In this document: positions 46,845 to 56,638 of the stretch, piece after piece
Layout: every line of letters begins with the position of its first letter
How positions within the stretch are numbered: position 1 is the stretch's first letter
Source: Candidatus Kaiserbacteria bacterium
GTDB taxonomy: Bacteria > Patescibacteriota > Minisyncoccia > Phycocordibacterales > UBA918
DNA length: 57,858 bases
Direction: 5' to 3'
Assembly: GCA_020428815.1 (NCBI GenBank)
Contig: JAGQMC010000042.1
Location: forward strand, 1-57,858
Notes under the pieces: model-generated
What the model saw: the letters and a program-made list of their open reading frames with translations, nothing else
Told to the model about the DNA's origin: nothing
Database searches by the model: none
Position numbers and translations under genes: made by a program

Positions 46845-47873
46845 TTATTCTGTTACCTCAATAATGGCAATCTCTAACGGCGCCTGAGGAATAGGCGAAC
46901 GAGACACTAGCTCAGCGGCTTCGAGTAATCTTAACAACAGATGTGAGTTGATGGATGTTTCTTCTGCGACGATGTCTTTAATTTTCAGCTGTGTATCGGT
47001 ACCAAATGAAGCTAAAATATCACTTTCTTTAGTTGGCAAATTTCGTAACAGCATGACCGCTCGCACGTGTTCCAGTAGAACTCGCACAAACAATTTCATA
47101 TCTACCCCCGTCTTTACTGCCTCTTGAATTGCTTCCAAGGCAACCGTCTTTTGCTTGGTATGTAACGCAGTCAATAAACTCTGCATCGTAGCCACTTTGG
47201 GCGCGCCAATAATTGCCGCCACTTCATCGGCATCACCAATTTTGTCACCCGAAGCCATAATGACTTTTTGAGTCACTCCGAGAGCATCGCGAAATGAACC
47301 ATCAGCGGCCATAGCAATTAAATCTGCGGCGTCAGGATTAAGTTTAAACCCTTCTTTTTTGGCTACATCTGTCACAATTTCAGCCAACACAGCCCGTGAA
47401 GGTGAGTGCATACGGAACACCTGACAACGTGACAAAATAGTATCAAGCAACTTATCCTCCTCCGTTGTAGCTAAAATAAAGACAACATGAGCTGGTGGTT
47501 CTTCAAGAGTTTTAAGTAGAGCATTAAAAGCCTCTTTGGTTAGCATGTGAACCTCGTCGATAATATACACCTTATGCTCAGATTCATAAGGTAACGTATG
47601 AACTGCTTCTTTTAGTTCACGAACGTCATCGATTCCACGATTTGATGCAGCGTCAATTTCGTACAAGTCTAAATCAGCGGTACCAATTGCTTTAGCAAAA
47701 ATTCTTGCAAGCGTGGTTTTACCAGTACCTCTAGTCCCTGAAAAGAGCATTGCGTGAGGTATTTCCCCTTTCTTAATAGCCCCCTCTAATACTTTTACAA
47801 TATGATCTTGATCACGCACTTCGGCAAAGTTTTGTGGCCGGTATTTGCGGTATAAAGCTCCTGTTACAGACAT
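46845..47873 (-). CDS. dnaX: DNA polymerase III subunit gamma/tau (short form)
   Basis: AAA+ clamp-loader motifs: GTRGTGKTT Walker A, IIDEVHML Walker B, SRC motif (LSRCQ). Confidence 0.9.
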   Translation of the reverse strand: MSVTGALYRKYRPQNFAEVRDQDHIVKVLEGAIKKGEIPHAMLFSGTRGTGKTTLARIFAKAIGTADLDLYEIDAASNRGIDDVRELKEAVHTLPYESEHKVYIIDEVHMLTKEAFNALLKTLEEPPAHVVFILATTEEDKLLDTILSRCQVFRMHSPSRAVLAEIVTDVAKKEGFKLNPDAADLIAMAADGSFRDALGVTQKVIMASGDKIGDADEVAAIIGAPKVATMQSLLTALHTKQKTVALEAIQEAVKTGVDMKLFVRVLLEHVRAVMLLRNLPTKESDILASFGTDTQLKIKDIVAEETSINSHLLLRLLEAAELVSRSPIPQAPLEIAIIEVTE

Positions 47874-48019
47874 GGAAAGTAGTATACCTCACCCTTGTCA
47901 TTTAGTCAGTCAATATTCAGAATTTGAAACTAACCACAAACTACAATAATCAAAGATGGCCCTGACATAATCTTTGTTAGAAGGCACAATACTAGGGTCG
48001 AAGTATGACAAATCATTCT

Positions 48020-48553
48020 TTATTCTGACCCGTCCAAAACCCGACAGATTTGTTCAATAAAATCATCACTGGTATAACCGTACTCTTCTAAATATTTCTC
48101 TAATTCTTCTGGATCAAGCAAATGCGGCGCCTCTTTATAGATTTCAATAATTTCTTTTTTGTATTTGGTCTCAACTTCATCTACAGACTCAGCGTCGTTA
48201 GTTAAATTGAATTCAGTATTTACGGTCGAATCTTTAGCGCTAAGATCATACTTTTTGTCATCTTGGTTAAACAACAGATTACTAACAACTGAGCCTGTCA
48301 ATGAGTCTGGCTCTAGACCTAAAGTGACGTCTGACTCCTCCACTACCATCACCACACTTTCCTCTGCTTCCTGCCTAGCCTTATCCGAAACTTCCAAAAC
48401 TGTATCAGACACACCATTTTTTATACTGATTCCGACCTCAGTCAGATTGTCTTTGGTGTTTTCTGCTGTCACATCAGTATCTATCAAGGTTGAAGCATGG
48501 TAAAACCCAGCTGCAATAGCTGTCATGACCGTGGTTAGTAAAAACTTCTTCAT
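48020..48553 (-). CDS. hypothetical secreted acidic protein
   Basis: 177 aa, signal/TM helix, D/E-rich. Confidence 0.6.
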   Translation of the reverse strand: MKKFLLTTVMTAIAAGFYHASTLIDTDVTAENTKDNLTEVGISIKNGVSDTVLEVSDKARQEAEESVVMVVEESDVTLGLEPDSLTGSVVSNLLFNQDDKKYDLSAKDSTVNTEFNLTNDAESVDEVETKYKKEIIEIYKEAPHLLDPEELEKYLEEYGYTSDDFIEQICRVLDGSE

Positions 48554-48567
48554 TATCTATATCATAG

Positions 48568-48599
48568 CAAAGAGGCGCCGGCTTTGCCGGCGCCTCTTT
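48568..48599 (-). terminator. intrinsic terminator (14-bp stem) after the YtxH-like gene
   Basis: AAAGAGGCGCCGGC(48568-48581)/GCCGGCGCCTCTTT(48585-48598). Confidence 0.85.
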
Positions 48600-48609
48600 T
48601 AGCTCAATC

Positions 48610-49068
48610 CTATTTTTTCTTCGCTATCTTCTTGGTAGTTTTTTTGGCTACTTTCTTGGCGACTTTTTTAGTTGGTTTTTTAGTTATCTTCTTAGCAGCT
48701 TTTTTGACCGCCTTTTTTGCTGGCTTAGCTGATTTTTCAATTGCCTTCCAATGCTCTTTCATTTCAGTCTGGAATTCCTTCAAATCCTTCTTGGTGGCAG
48801 ATTTAACTGTCGCGTAACCTGCTGCTACATTACCAATCAGTTCTTCGTACTCTTCTTGAGTCATCTCTTTGGCGTCTTCCAACTTCTCCAACACTTCTGC
48901 CTTAGCCTTCAACGCCCAACTCTTTACTGTCTTACGATTCTTGGCAGCATTTTTGCTACCATGCAAAAAATAAGCTCCAGCGGCCGCTACCGCTGCGGCT
49001 GTTAAACCAACCCCGATACCAATTTTTTCTGTTGACGATAATTCGTGTTTTTTCTTTTTTTGTGCCAT
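48610..49068 (-). CDS. YtxH-like protein with Lys-rich histone-H1-like tail
   Basis: N-terminal TM helix/Gly-zipper, helical middle, and C-terminal AKKAVKKAAKKITKKPTKKVAKKVAKKTTKKIAKKK. Confidence 0.65.
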   Translation of the reverse strand: MAQKKKKHELSSTEKIGIGVGLTAAAVAAAGAYFLHGSKNAAKNRKTVKSWALKAKAEVLEKLEDAKEMTQEEYEELIGNVAAGYATVKSATKKDLKEFQTEMKEHWKAIEKSAKPAKKAVKKAAKKITKKPTKKVAKKVAKKTTKKIAKKK

Positions 49069-49079
49069 GAATATTAAAA

Positions 49080-49364
49080 TTAGTCTTTCTTGCGGCGTCT
49101 AGTTCTTTTCTTACCAGTGCCACTTAATTTCATTATAAATTGAAGTATGCTGGCAAAAAAACCTCCATCTGTGATAGCGGTGCGTAAGTGATCAATATCA
49201 TCAGCAATCTTTTCACTACCAGCATCGATCCTATCAACAATTGATCTGATGCTTTTTGTAATCTTAATAACGTTGTACAAAATAACACAAGTTAATATGC
49301 AAAAAATTACTGTCGCTACACTGGCAATCACAAAAAATATGTTTGCATGCAATACTTCATTCAT
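49080..49364 (-). CDS. small membrane protein with basic C-terminus
   Basis: 94 aa, one TM helix, RRRKKD tail. 11-nt gap to the downstream gene. Confidence 0.55.
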   Translation of the reverse strand: MNEVLHANIFFVIASVATVIFCILTCVILYNVIKITKSIRSIVDRIDAGSEKIADDIDHLRTAITDGGFFASILQFIMKLSGTGKKRTRRRKKD

Positions 49365-49390
49365 CTGTATTAGTGTATCAGTGAATCACC

Positions 49391-50517
49391 TTACTGACCA
49401 TTTATATTCACAGCAGACAAATACTCTTCCACCAACTGCTCCACTTCTAGTGGACTGTCAGCTTCCATTAGTTTTATCCTCAAATCAGCTGCTCCAGCAA
49501 ACGAGTTCACGTAGGCTTTGTAATGTTTCTTCATAATTGAAAAATTCTTGAAGGGTAGCAACTCGACAAATAACCTGGTGCGTTCAACTAGTACCCGTAA
49601 CCGCTCGGGAATACTCACAAACTCCACCCCGACCTCCTCTTCCTTAACTGCAGTAATACTATCGCGATTGACACCGTGAGTCGGCAAGGCAGTTAGGTGC
49701 ACTGGTAAACTCTTACTTGGGTTGAAGAACCAGGGATTACCAAATAATGCTCGTCCCACCATCACTCCATCGACGCCATAAGTCTTGGCCTTATGGTGAG
49801 CGTCAGCCAAAGAAAGCACGTCACCATTACCAATAATTAAAGTATCAACTGACAACTCATCACGAATCATCACAGCTCGCCTTATTCGCTCCCAATCAGC
49901 TGGCACCTTACTGAGTTCTTGTCGTGTTCTCGCATGAATAGTTACTGCCGCCGGAGCTTCAGCGAGAATCGCTGGTAGCCATTCTTCAAGTTGATTCTGA
50001 TAATAACCTACCCGGGTTTTTACCGAGACTGGTATACCATCGACTCTCCCCATTCTTGCTCCTCGTTTTGCAGCTTGAATTATTTCTTTAGCCTTTGCTG
50101 GATTCTTAATCATCGCTGCACCACATCCTTGTTTTTCAATACTTCGATCCGGACAACCCATATTGATATCAACTCCATCAAAACCTAGTTCAAGACACAA
50201 TCCGGCAGCGTATTCCATATGTTCAGGCGTACTGGAAAACAACTGTGCCACAATGGTCTTTCCGCTTCTGAATACATCAGATCTGCCATTAATTTTTTCT
50301 TACCCTCCGGTGTTGCCCGCACCAGACCATCAGCCGCTACAAACTCCGTCCACATTACATCAGGACCACCAACTGGCTTTTTAGACTCACTATCAGTTGG
50401 CCACTCACCATTCCACTTTGAGTACTTGGCCAACATACGTCGAAATGGCGCGTCAGTAACATCAGCCATTGGCGCCACAGCTAGAAAGGGTTTGGGTAAT
50501 TGTTGCCAAAAATTCAT
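49391..50517 (-). pseudogene. dus: tRNA-dihydrouridine synthase interrupted by a 1-nt frameshift
   Basis: The N-terminal ORF (50185..50517, LAVAPMADVTD...SEAERP) and the C-terminal ORF (49391..50251, IVAQLFSSTPE...DINMGCP...) join as ERP|IVAQLF only after a -1 shift at 50252-50256. Confidence 0.8.
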
Positions 50518-50595
50518 TGTCGTGGCATTGTACCGAGGGCAGCACTAATTGCAAGTCGCACTTGTGTCTTTGTTCTTATAATTTAGGGGAAGGAA

Positions 50596-50787
50596 ATGCA
50601 AAAAAATATTCATAGCTACACCGGACACCTCATAAACCTACTGGTTATTTCTGGTTTGGTATTTTTTGCACTTGGCCTAGTTGGCACTATCTGCAAAATA
50701 AACTGTGATTTTGCTCTACCGGCCACCTTACTTGGTTTTGTGGTGTTGGTTATTGGAGCAAGCTTGGCACCACTAAACCAAGTATAA
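50596..50787 (+). CDS. small 2-TM membrane protein
   Basis: 63 aa. GGGGAAGGAA lies directly upstream of the ATG. Confidence 0.5.
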   Translation: MQKNIHSYTGHLINLLVISGLVFFALGLVGTICKINCDFALPATLLGFVVLVIGASLAPLNQV

Positions 50788-50803
50788 ATATAAACATCTG
50801 GCT

Positions 50804-51646
50804 TTAGCCTAAAGTACTACTCGCTGTTTCAATTTCTGGAACAGCGGGTTCTTCATTTATATAAACCTTGCTACCAAATCTCAAATCAATGTATTGGAAA
50901 TTACCTGGGGCTAAGTGAGAAAATTCGGGTGAAGCTAAGATAGCTCGAAGATTATCAACAATTTCCTCTGGTGGATTTGCAATTGTCACCTTTAATTCAC
51001 CACCGCCAACTATTGTTAAAAAAGCGTCTCCCACGTTATCTAATTCTACGCGCGAGACGTACCAATCGTTAGCAGCTAGTAATTCCACCAATTCATTTAC
51101 CATTGAAAATATATCAAATGGTAAGACTAACTTACCGACTTCCATTTGCTCTCCTGAAGTCACGAATCTTAAGTATGTACCACCTGACAAAACTGGCGCC
51201 TTTGAGAAAGCCAGCCCTGTCTCATCAAGAAATAAACATTTTTCTGAGGATAAATCCCCGTCACACCACAGAGCATATGGCACATATTCATCAAAACTTA
51301 CAGATAAAGCGCGTTTTGTTTGAGACACTTCAACACTATGTACTCGATCAATCGCACTAACCGAATCAATAATCCTCGACTCTGGATACGTCCAAGTGAA
51401 ACGCTTGGGTATCAACCCAAGATAATCACCACTAAGCTCAGCTGCTACGATTTCTTCAATTACTCTATGCTTAATAGTTTCGCCTCCATAAACATTAATT
51501 TCATCGATGGTAACTGCCGGTAATCTTGTACCGTGCCAAACACCAGTTATAAATAATGCCAATAAACCAAAAACCAAAGCACCGATTCCTATTTGTTTTA
51601 ACAAGACTTTAGTTTCTGGTCTGATTTTTTGTCGACGACTACTCAT
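50804..51646 (-). CDS. ftsQ: cell division protein FtsQ/DivIB-like (POTRA)
   Basis: 280 aa with a basic N-terminus, a single TM helix, a POTRA-like region (I.V.G......I) and a beta-rich ectodomain. Confidence 0.6.
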   Translation of the reverse strand: MSSRRQKIRPETKVLLKQIGIGALVFGLLALFITGVWHGTRLPAVTIDEINVYGGETIKHRVIEEIVAAELSGDYLGLIPKRFTWTYPESRIIDSVSAIDRVHSVEVSQTKRALSVSFDEYVPYALWCDGDLSSEKCLFLDETGLAFSKAPVLSGGTYLRFVTSGEQMEVGKLVLPFDIFSMVNELVELLAANDWYVSRVELDNVGDAFLTIVGGGELKVTIANPPEEIVDNLRAILASPEFSHLAPGNFQYIDLRFGSKVYINEEPAVPEIETASSTLG

Positions 51647-51669
51647 GTCAGTATGGTATCACGAATCAA

Positions 51670-51706
51670 TTGAAAAACCGGTTCGCTGAGCGAACCGGTT
51701 TTTCAA
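51670..51706 (-). terminator. intrinsic terminator after serS
   Basis: AAAAACCGGTTCGC(51673-51686)/GCGAACCGGTTTTT(51690-51703), 3-nt loop. Confidence 0.9.
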
Positions 51707-51709
51707 CAA

Positions 51710-52975
51710 TTATTTTTCAATTTTATCCTTTCCAAAGTATGACCGAAGTGGCTCAGGGATAACAATACTTTCATCCGCTTGTTGAAAATTCTCCATCAAT
51801 GACACCAGAATGCGCGGAGTCGGAATGGCAGTACAGTTTAGTGAGTGGGCATAACGAATCTTTCCATCTTCGTCACGATAGCGAATGTTAAATCGTCTAG
51901 TCTGGAAGTCATGGAAGTATGAAGCAGAACTAATCTCTCGATATTTTTGTTCTCCGGGCACCCATAGCTCAATATCATACTTTTTAACCTGACCTTGTCC
52001 CAAGTCACCTCCACAGTTCACCACTGTCCGGTAAGGAATACCTAGTGATTCAATAAATTCCTCAGTGTTACGGTTTAGCCATTCGTGCCACTTAACACTC
52101 TCTTCATGTGACGCTTCGCAAAGCATCACTTGTTCGAGCTTGTAGAATTCATGTACTCGAATCAAACCCCGAGTGTCTTTACCGTGGCTACCAGCCTCCC
52201 GTCGATAACAAGGAGAAAAACCTAGATACTTTATCGGAAACTCACTCTTATCTAAAATCTCATCACTACGATAACCCATTACTGACACTTCACTGGTACC
52301 AATCAAATAATCTTCATCTTGGGTACGATATACATCATCAGCTTCATTAGGCAAATGGCCCGTACCATACAAATTAGCCTTGCGTACAATTGAAGGTGGT
52401 AGTACCGGAGTAAAACCTTTTTGTTGAAAGAAGTCATTAGCATAGTTCCAAATTGCCCATGACAATCGTGCTCCATCACCGATCAAGTAATAACCACGAA
52501 AACCATGCACTTTTGATCCACGCTCAAAGTCCACCATTTGATGATCTTGCATCAAATCAACGTGATCTTTAGCTGTAAAAGAGAATTTTGTCTGATCTCC
52601 CCAAATCTTAAACTCTTCGTTATCTTCATCAGAGTCTCCGTCTGGAACTGACATATCTGGGACATTTGGAACCTGTAACATTAAAGACTGCCATTCTTCC
52701 ATCACTGGCTTTAACTTATCTTCATCCTGCTGAATTGCCGCCTTCACTATCTGCATTTCCCCAATTAATCGCTGTTTTTCTACAGGATCAGTGGTAATGG
52801 GAATTTGTTCCGAGACTTTGTTTTGTTTAGCTCGCTCTTCCTCGATTTGACTCACTAGTGATCGGCGAGAATCATCTACTACTATCAGTCTATCCAAATC
52901 AATACTCGACTTTTTCTTAGTCGCCGCCATTTTTACCACGTCTAAATTTTCCCTAATGAATTTAATATCAAGCAT
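51710..52975 (-). CDS. serS: serine--tRNA ligase
   Basis: 421 aa. N-terminal coiled-coil arm and class II motifs (FRGYYL, CYRREAGS, TAIPTPRIL). Confidence 0.95.
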   Translation of the reverse strand: MLDIKFIRENLDVVKMAATKKKSSIDLDRLIVVDDSRRSLVSQIEEERAKQNKVSEQIPITTDPVEKQRLIGEMQIVKAAIQQDEDKLKPVMEEWQSLMLQVPNVPDMSVPDGDSDEDNEEFKIWGDQTKFSFTAKDHVDLMQDHQMVDFERGSKVHGFRGYYLIGDGARLSWAIWNYANDFFQQKGFTPVLPPSIVRKANLYGTGHLPNEADDVYRTQDEDYLIGTSEVSVMGYRSDEILDKSEFPIKYLGFSPCYRREAGSHGKDTRGLIRVHEFYKLEQVMLCEASHEESVKWHEWLNRNTEEFIESLGIPYRTVVNCGGDLGQGQVKKYDIELWVPGEQKYREISSASYFHDFQTRRFNIRYRDEDGKIRYAHSLNCTAIPTPRILVSLMENFQQADESIVIPEPLRSYFGKDKIEK

Positions 52976-53081
52976 AATGTCAGATTATACACGAGAGACT
53001 TAAGATATAAAGCTAATAATAACCGAGGAACGACCTTTTCCGACACAGAGTGTCTCCTCAAGGTCGCACCTCTGTTCTTTT

Positions 53082-53381
53082 TTAGCCCAGCACCTTTTCC
53101 ACTTCGTCTTGCAAAGCTTTTGTTTCTTCTTTAATAATATCTTCAAAGTTTGGATATTTCTCAGCCAGAGCAACAAGGATGTTTTCGGTCTCGGGTAATG
53201 ACTCCATATAATCTTGCAGTTCTCCCACCTGAGCATCGTCTAGCTTAATTAGTAGCCGGTTTAGTGATGAGTCTAGTATCAAACTCCCAAAGCGAGCCAG
53301 TAGAGCTTCTTGTTGCTCTGGCGTCATTTTTTCTAGCCCTAGTAGTTCTGCTATTTTGTTGGTTTGATTTTCTTCAGACAT
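53082..53381 (-). CDS. small acidic helical protein, unknown function
   Basis: 99 aa. 3-nt gap after the 961-aa gene. Confidence 0.65.
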   Translation of the reverse strand: MSEENQTNKIAELLGLEKMTPEQQEALLARFGSLILDSSLNRLLIKLDDAQVGELQDYMESLPETENILVALAEKYPNFEDIIKEETKALQDEVEKVLG

Positions 53382-53384
53382 AAA

Positions 53385-56270
53385 CTATACATTACTAAAC
53401 AAGACTTCCTTGTTTCCGGTAAAAATAAATTCTACTAATTTTCCAAGTGGTAAGGTGTCATTAACTGACAAAATTCTCGGGTCGCCACTCGCAATACCAA
53501 GTCGTTGCCACTCATCACTAGTTAAAGCGTCGGTATGACCAATCATTACCCCTTCACCCAAATCAGGTAACCGTTCAGCTATATAACCTTCTAGATTGTC
53601 GTTATAATCCCTAAAACCAATCGACATATCATCAGGCAGAGACATCTTACCCTCCTCAACTCCACGATTGATGAAGTTTATTATGTGATCATATACTTTG
53701 ACTGGCTCTCCTTGCTCGTTAACCAATCTTAAAAATTCATACGACTGGTCTTGATACTGCTCACTCATTTGATAACCAGCTAAGTTATACTCCGATGCAA
53801 CACCTTCTGTTTGAGCCCCTGCAACCGAAGCTTCTCCAGTACCACTCCAAACTGCCCCCGCTTCGCGAGCAGCTTCAAACTCTTCTGGAGAATTTACAAT
53901 TTGTTCAGACCCGTCTGGCATGATTACTCCTCTTGGATAACCCTCGGTGACAACCTCCCCTTCAACCCCAGCAGCTGTCACTGGTGTATTACTGTTTGCT
54001 TCAGCCCCCTCAAAACCAGTCGCTTCTACAACTCCAGTAGTATCTACAGCAGTAGAAGCGTCAGGTGATACACCGTCAAGCTGCGTACCTTCCATTAGTT
54101 CGACCAGACTTTGCATATCAATGGTTTCTCCTGGGTAAATAAGATTTGGATCACCACTACCCACTCCTAGTTGGACCCATTGTTCTGGGGTTAATCGAGG
54201 TGCTACATCCTGAGCACTAGTGAACTCAGGGAAGGTTTGATACATCTTGGCTGCCAAGCCGTTACGATCAACTCCTTCTGGTAACTTTAGTTCACCAGCG
54301 TCTAGTCTTTCTCTTAAGTTATTCAGAAGTGTCTCCGATAAAGTATCTCCTCTTTGCACCTCATGAGTTGTCTCGATGTTAGCCAGTGATTCCGCGGAGA
54401 CAGCTGTTTGTGCACTTGGAGTAGACTCTACTGCCCCAATCTCGTCTGGACCCTGACTTAAATCCCAACCCTCAGTACTGGTATCAAACACCTTAGGTGC
54501 TTCACTCATTTCTTTGATGTTATCGGCGGTGAATGTTGGAGCGTCAGGGTCAAGATTGTAAACTGTCTTGTCGTTATTCAAATCAAGATTAGACTGTGAC
54601 CACCTATCATCACCAATGACTTGCGTATTGGACTGAGATGAGACTGGATCACCAGTTTCTACAGGTCCATCTGACGGTAAATCTACCCCATCCATAGGCA
54701 CATTGTCCGGTGGCGCCCAAGCTCCACCATCGGGCGAGACAGCTTCTGGGATTGGGCTGGGGCTTAAATCAACCTCAACCGAACCTAGGTTTAAGGAATC
54801 AATATATTCTGAAGCTGATTCAACGATTTGTGGACCAGCCATGGTCAACACGGCCGTTAGTGTAGCTAACCTCTTAGCACTTTCTGCGCTCTTTATATTA
54901 GAGGCACTTTCTAAGTATAGTTCTTCTAATTCTTCAAAAGCGGCTACATTAGCTTTGATTTGTTTAGCAATATCTATTTTTTGTTCCTGATGTTCACTCT
55001 CGACCCTTTTTACCATTTTCCCACCAAGCCAATTTACTCCCATCACAACACCAGCCCCTAGAGGATTCATTAACTTTGCACCAACACTAACTCCCAAGGC
55101 AAAAATACCCACCCCTTTGACCACATTAGGATGCTCTCTCAACTTCTCTACCAACCGTCTCTTCAACTTTTGAGCTGATTCTGGCAACTGACTCGACTGA
55201 ATTTCAATCCTCTTCTGCACAACATCCCACACATACCGGTCACCAATCGCAAGCTCCATTGCCCCTTCACCAATTTTTGCTTCTATCTGTTGGTAAGCGC
55301 CACTATTAAGTTGAGCTTCTCGTAGTTGTCCAAAAGCCTCTTTATACTTATCACGAGCTAATATTGAAGCTTGAGACAGAGCTTCTTCAGCTTCTCTATC
55401 TCGACGAAAACCGAACATTTTCTTCGTTCCTTTACTTTCTTTGGTTATAGCTTCTAAGTACTCACGCTTAGCTTGCTTAAAGTCGGATTTAGCGGCTATG
55501 TACTCACGGTTGCGTACCCCCTCAACCGTTTCAGTAGCCTGTTCAACCGTGGCTACACGATGACCTTTTGGTATTGTGTCAGCAGTTTCCACCTCAGATT
55601 CACCCTCTACTGATTCCGCTGTTTCTTCTTGGTCGCCCACCTCCCCACCTTCGGTCGACACAGAATCACCTCCAATCTCTCTTTCTAGGCGACGAATCTC
55701 AGACTCCTTATCTAATACTAGATTTTCATTTTCATCATGATGGATAGTGAAGTTTCTTTCTTTGTCATTAATGTGGTCTACCTCTTGTTTGAGAGCATTG
55801 ATTTTTTCTTTCTTTAGTTTATTCAACTTTTCTGTCTCTCTTTTAATTTCCGCATCTCTTTGCTCTCGTTCATATTCATAAATCTGTCCTTCCAGCGTTA
55901 ACACTTTGGCATCAGCCTCGGTGGTATCCATCTTACCTTCACGCACCAAAGTATTGATCTCATCTATCTTACTCTTCCGCTCTAAAATCTCTTGACTGTA
56001 TTCAGTGTCATTTTCTTCAATCTCGTTGTCATTATTTTTCTCTTGGTTAGATTGTGTGGGAAATTTCTCTGACATATCTTGATTATTAATTTTCAATTCT
56101 TCCTTTTCACTATTCGACTTGTCTTTTTTATTCCTTTCTAACTGCCGTTTTCTTTCTTTCACTATTTTTGCATAACCTCTCTGTAAACCGTCAACAACAT
56201 CTGGCTGCAACATAGTTTCTTTTCCCTCTTCACCTTCCTGCCGCTCAAGTGCAGACTCTCTTTGCATCAT
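53385..56270 (-). CDS. large coiled-coil / TM / repeat-bearing surface protein (961 aa)
   Basis: E/K-rich coiled-coil N-terminal third, hydrophobic segment VKGVGIFALGVSVGAKLMNPLGAGVVMGVNWLGG, and an acidic C-terminal half. The C-terminal half has two copies of a module ending in W..LG..SGDP (about residues 712-742 and 909-941). Confidence 0.75.
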   Translation of the reverse strand: MMQRESALERQEGEEGKETMLQPDVVDGLQRGYAKIVKERKRQLERNKKDKSNSEKEELKINNQDMSEKFPTQSNQEKNNDNEIEENDTEYSQEILERKSKIDEINTLVREGKMDTTEADAKVLTLEGQIYEYEREQRDAEIKRETEKLNKLKKEKINALKQEVDHINDKERNFTIHHDENENLVLDKESEIRRLEREIGGDSVSTEGGEVGDQEETAESVEGESEVETADTIPKGHRVATVEQATETVEGVRNREYIAAKSDFKQAKREYLEAITKESKGTKKMFGFRRDREAEEALSQASILARDKYKEAFGQLREAQLNSGAYQQIEAKIGEGAMELAIGDRYVWDVVQKRIEIQSSQLPESAQKLKRRLVEKLREHPNVVKGVGIFALGVSVGAKLMNPLGAGVVMGVNWLGGKMVKRVESEHQEQKIDIAKQIKANVAAFEELEELYLESASNIKSAESAKRLATLTAVLTMAGPQIVESASEYIDSLNLGSVEVDLSPSPIPEAVSPDGGAWAPPDNVPMDGVDLPSDGPVETGDPVSSQSNTQVIGDDRWSQSNLDLNNDKTVYNLDPDAPTFTADNIKEMSEAPKVFDTSTEGWDLSQGPDEIGAVESTPSAQTAVSAESLANIETTHEVQRGDTLSETLLNNLRERLDAGELKLPEGVDRNGLAAKMYQTFPEFTSAQDVAPRLTPEQWVQLGVGSGDPNLIYPGETIDMQSLVELMEGTQLDGVSPDASTAVDTTGVVEATGFEGAEANSNTPVTAAGVEGEVVTEGYPRGVIMPDGSEQIVNSPEEFEAAREAGAVWSGTGEASVAGAQTEGVASEYNLAGYQMSEQYQDQSYEFLRLVNEQGEPVKVYDHIINFINRGVEEGKMSLPDDMSIGFRDYNDNLEGYIAERLPDLGEGVMIGHTDALTSDEWQRLGIASGDPRILSVNDTLPLGKLVEFIFTGNKEVLFSNV

Positions 56271-56387
56271 ATTTTCTATTTATTACTTCAGTCTATACAG
56301 GAGCATCGTCCTTGGTAAAAGTCTCATTTTTTCCCATAAAAAAATTCTATCACAGGTTTAGTTGCCTACGCTAGGTTTTATACAAAT

Positions 56388-56632
56388 AAAAAGACCTGAT
56401 GGCTCTGCGATGAAATGCAGTAGCCACCAGGCCAGCGTGTCGAATCACAATCTGATGTAGAGCCAAGCGATATTTCAAAAGCGCTCGACTGAGGTCTTGC
56501 TCGTCACGTGGACCTTCAGATTTGTGTGACTGGGGTCATGAACCTCACTCAGACACGCACCTGCCGTCATTGGGTACGACAGGGTGGTAGGAGCGGCGTG
56601 CTCCCTACTCAGCGCTAGCAATTACGCAGAGT
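56388..56632 (-). ncRNA. unclassified GC-rich structured RNA / 5' leader of the 961-aa protein gene
   Basis: 37/60 G+C in 56541-56600. Helices: 56587-56594/56600-56608, 56560-56567/56576-56583, 56489-56496/56510-56519, 56401-56408/56417-56425, and long-range 56445-56451/56552-56558. A promoter lies directly upstream on the minus strand. Confidence 0.5.
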
Positions 56633-56638
56633 TTCAAC

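Noticed and set aside
48584-48817. Quasi-repetitive DNA (TTTCTTGGC-like units) and a 77-aa plus-strand ORF, checked as a possible CRISPR or tandem repeat array
   Set aside because: The periodicity comes from the reverse complement of repeated Lys/Ala codons in the tail of the YtxH-like gene. There is no repeat-spacer organisation, and no CRISPR array anywhere in the window.
52976-53081. Possible T-box leader upstream of serS
   Set aside because: The intergenic region is only 106 nt and lacks a specifier-loop/T-box sequence. It contains only an ordinary nested hairpin.
56394-56500. Hammerhead-like CUGAUG boxes on the plus strand (56396-56401 and 56451-56456)
   Set aside because: The core is incomplete: CUGAUGG/CUGAUGU instead of CUGAUGA, with no correctly placed GAAA after a stem II. 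It is not a hammerhead.
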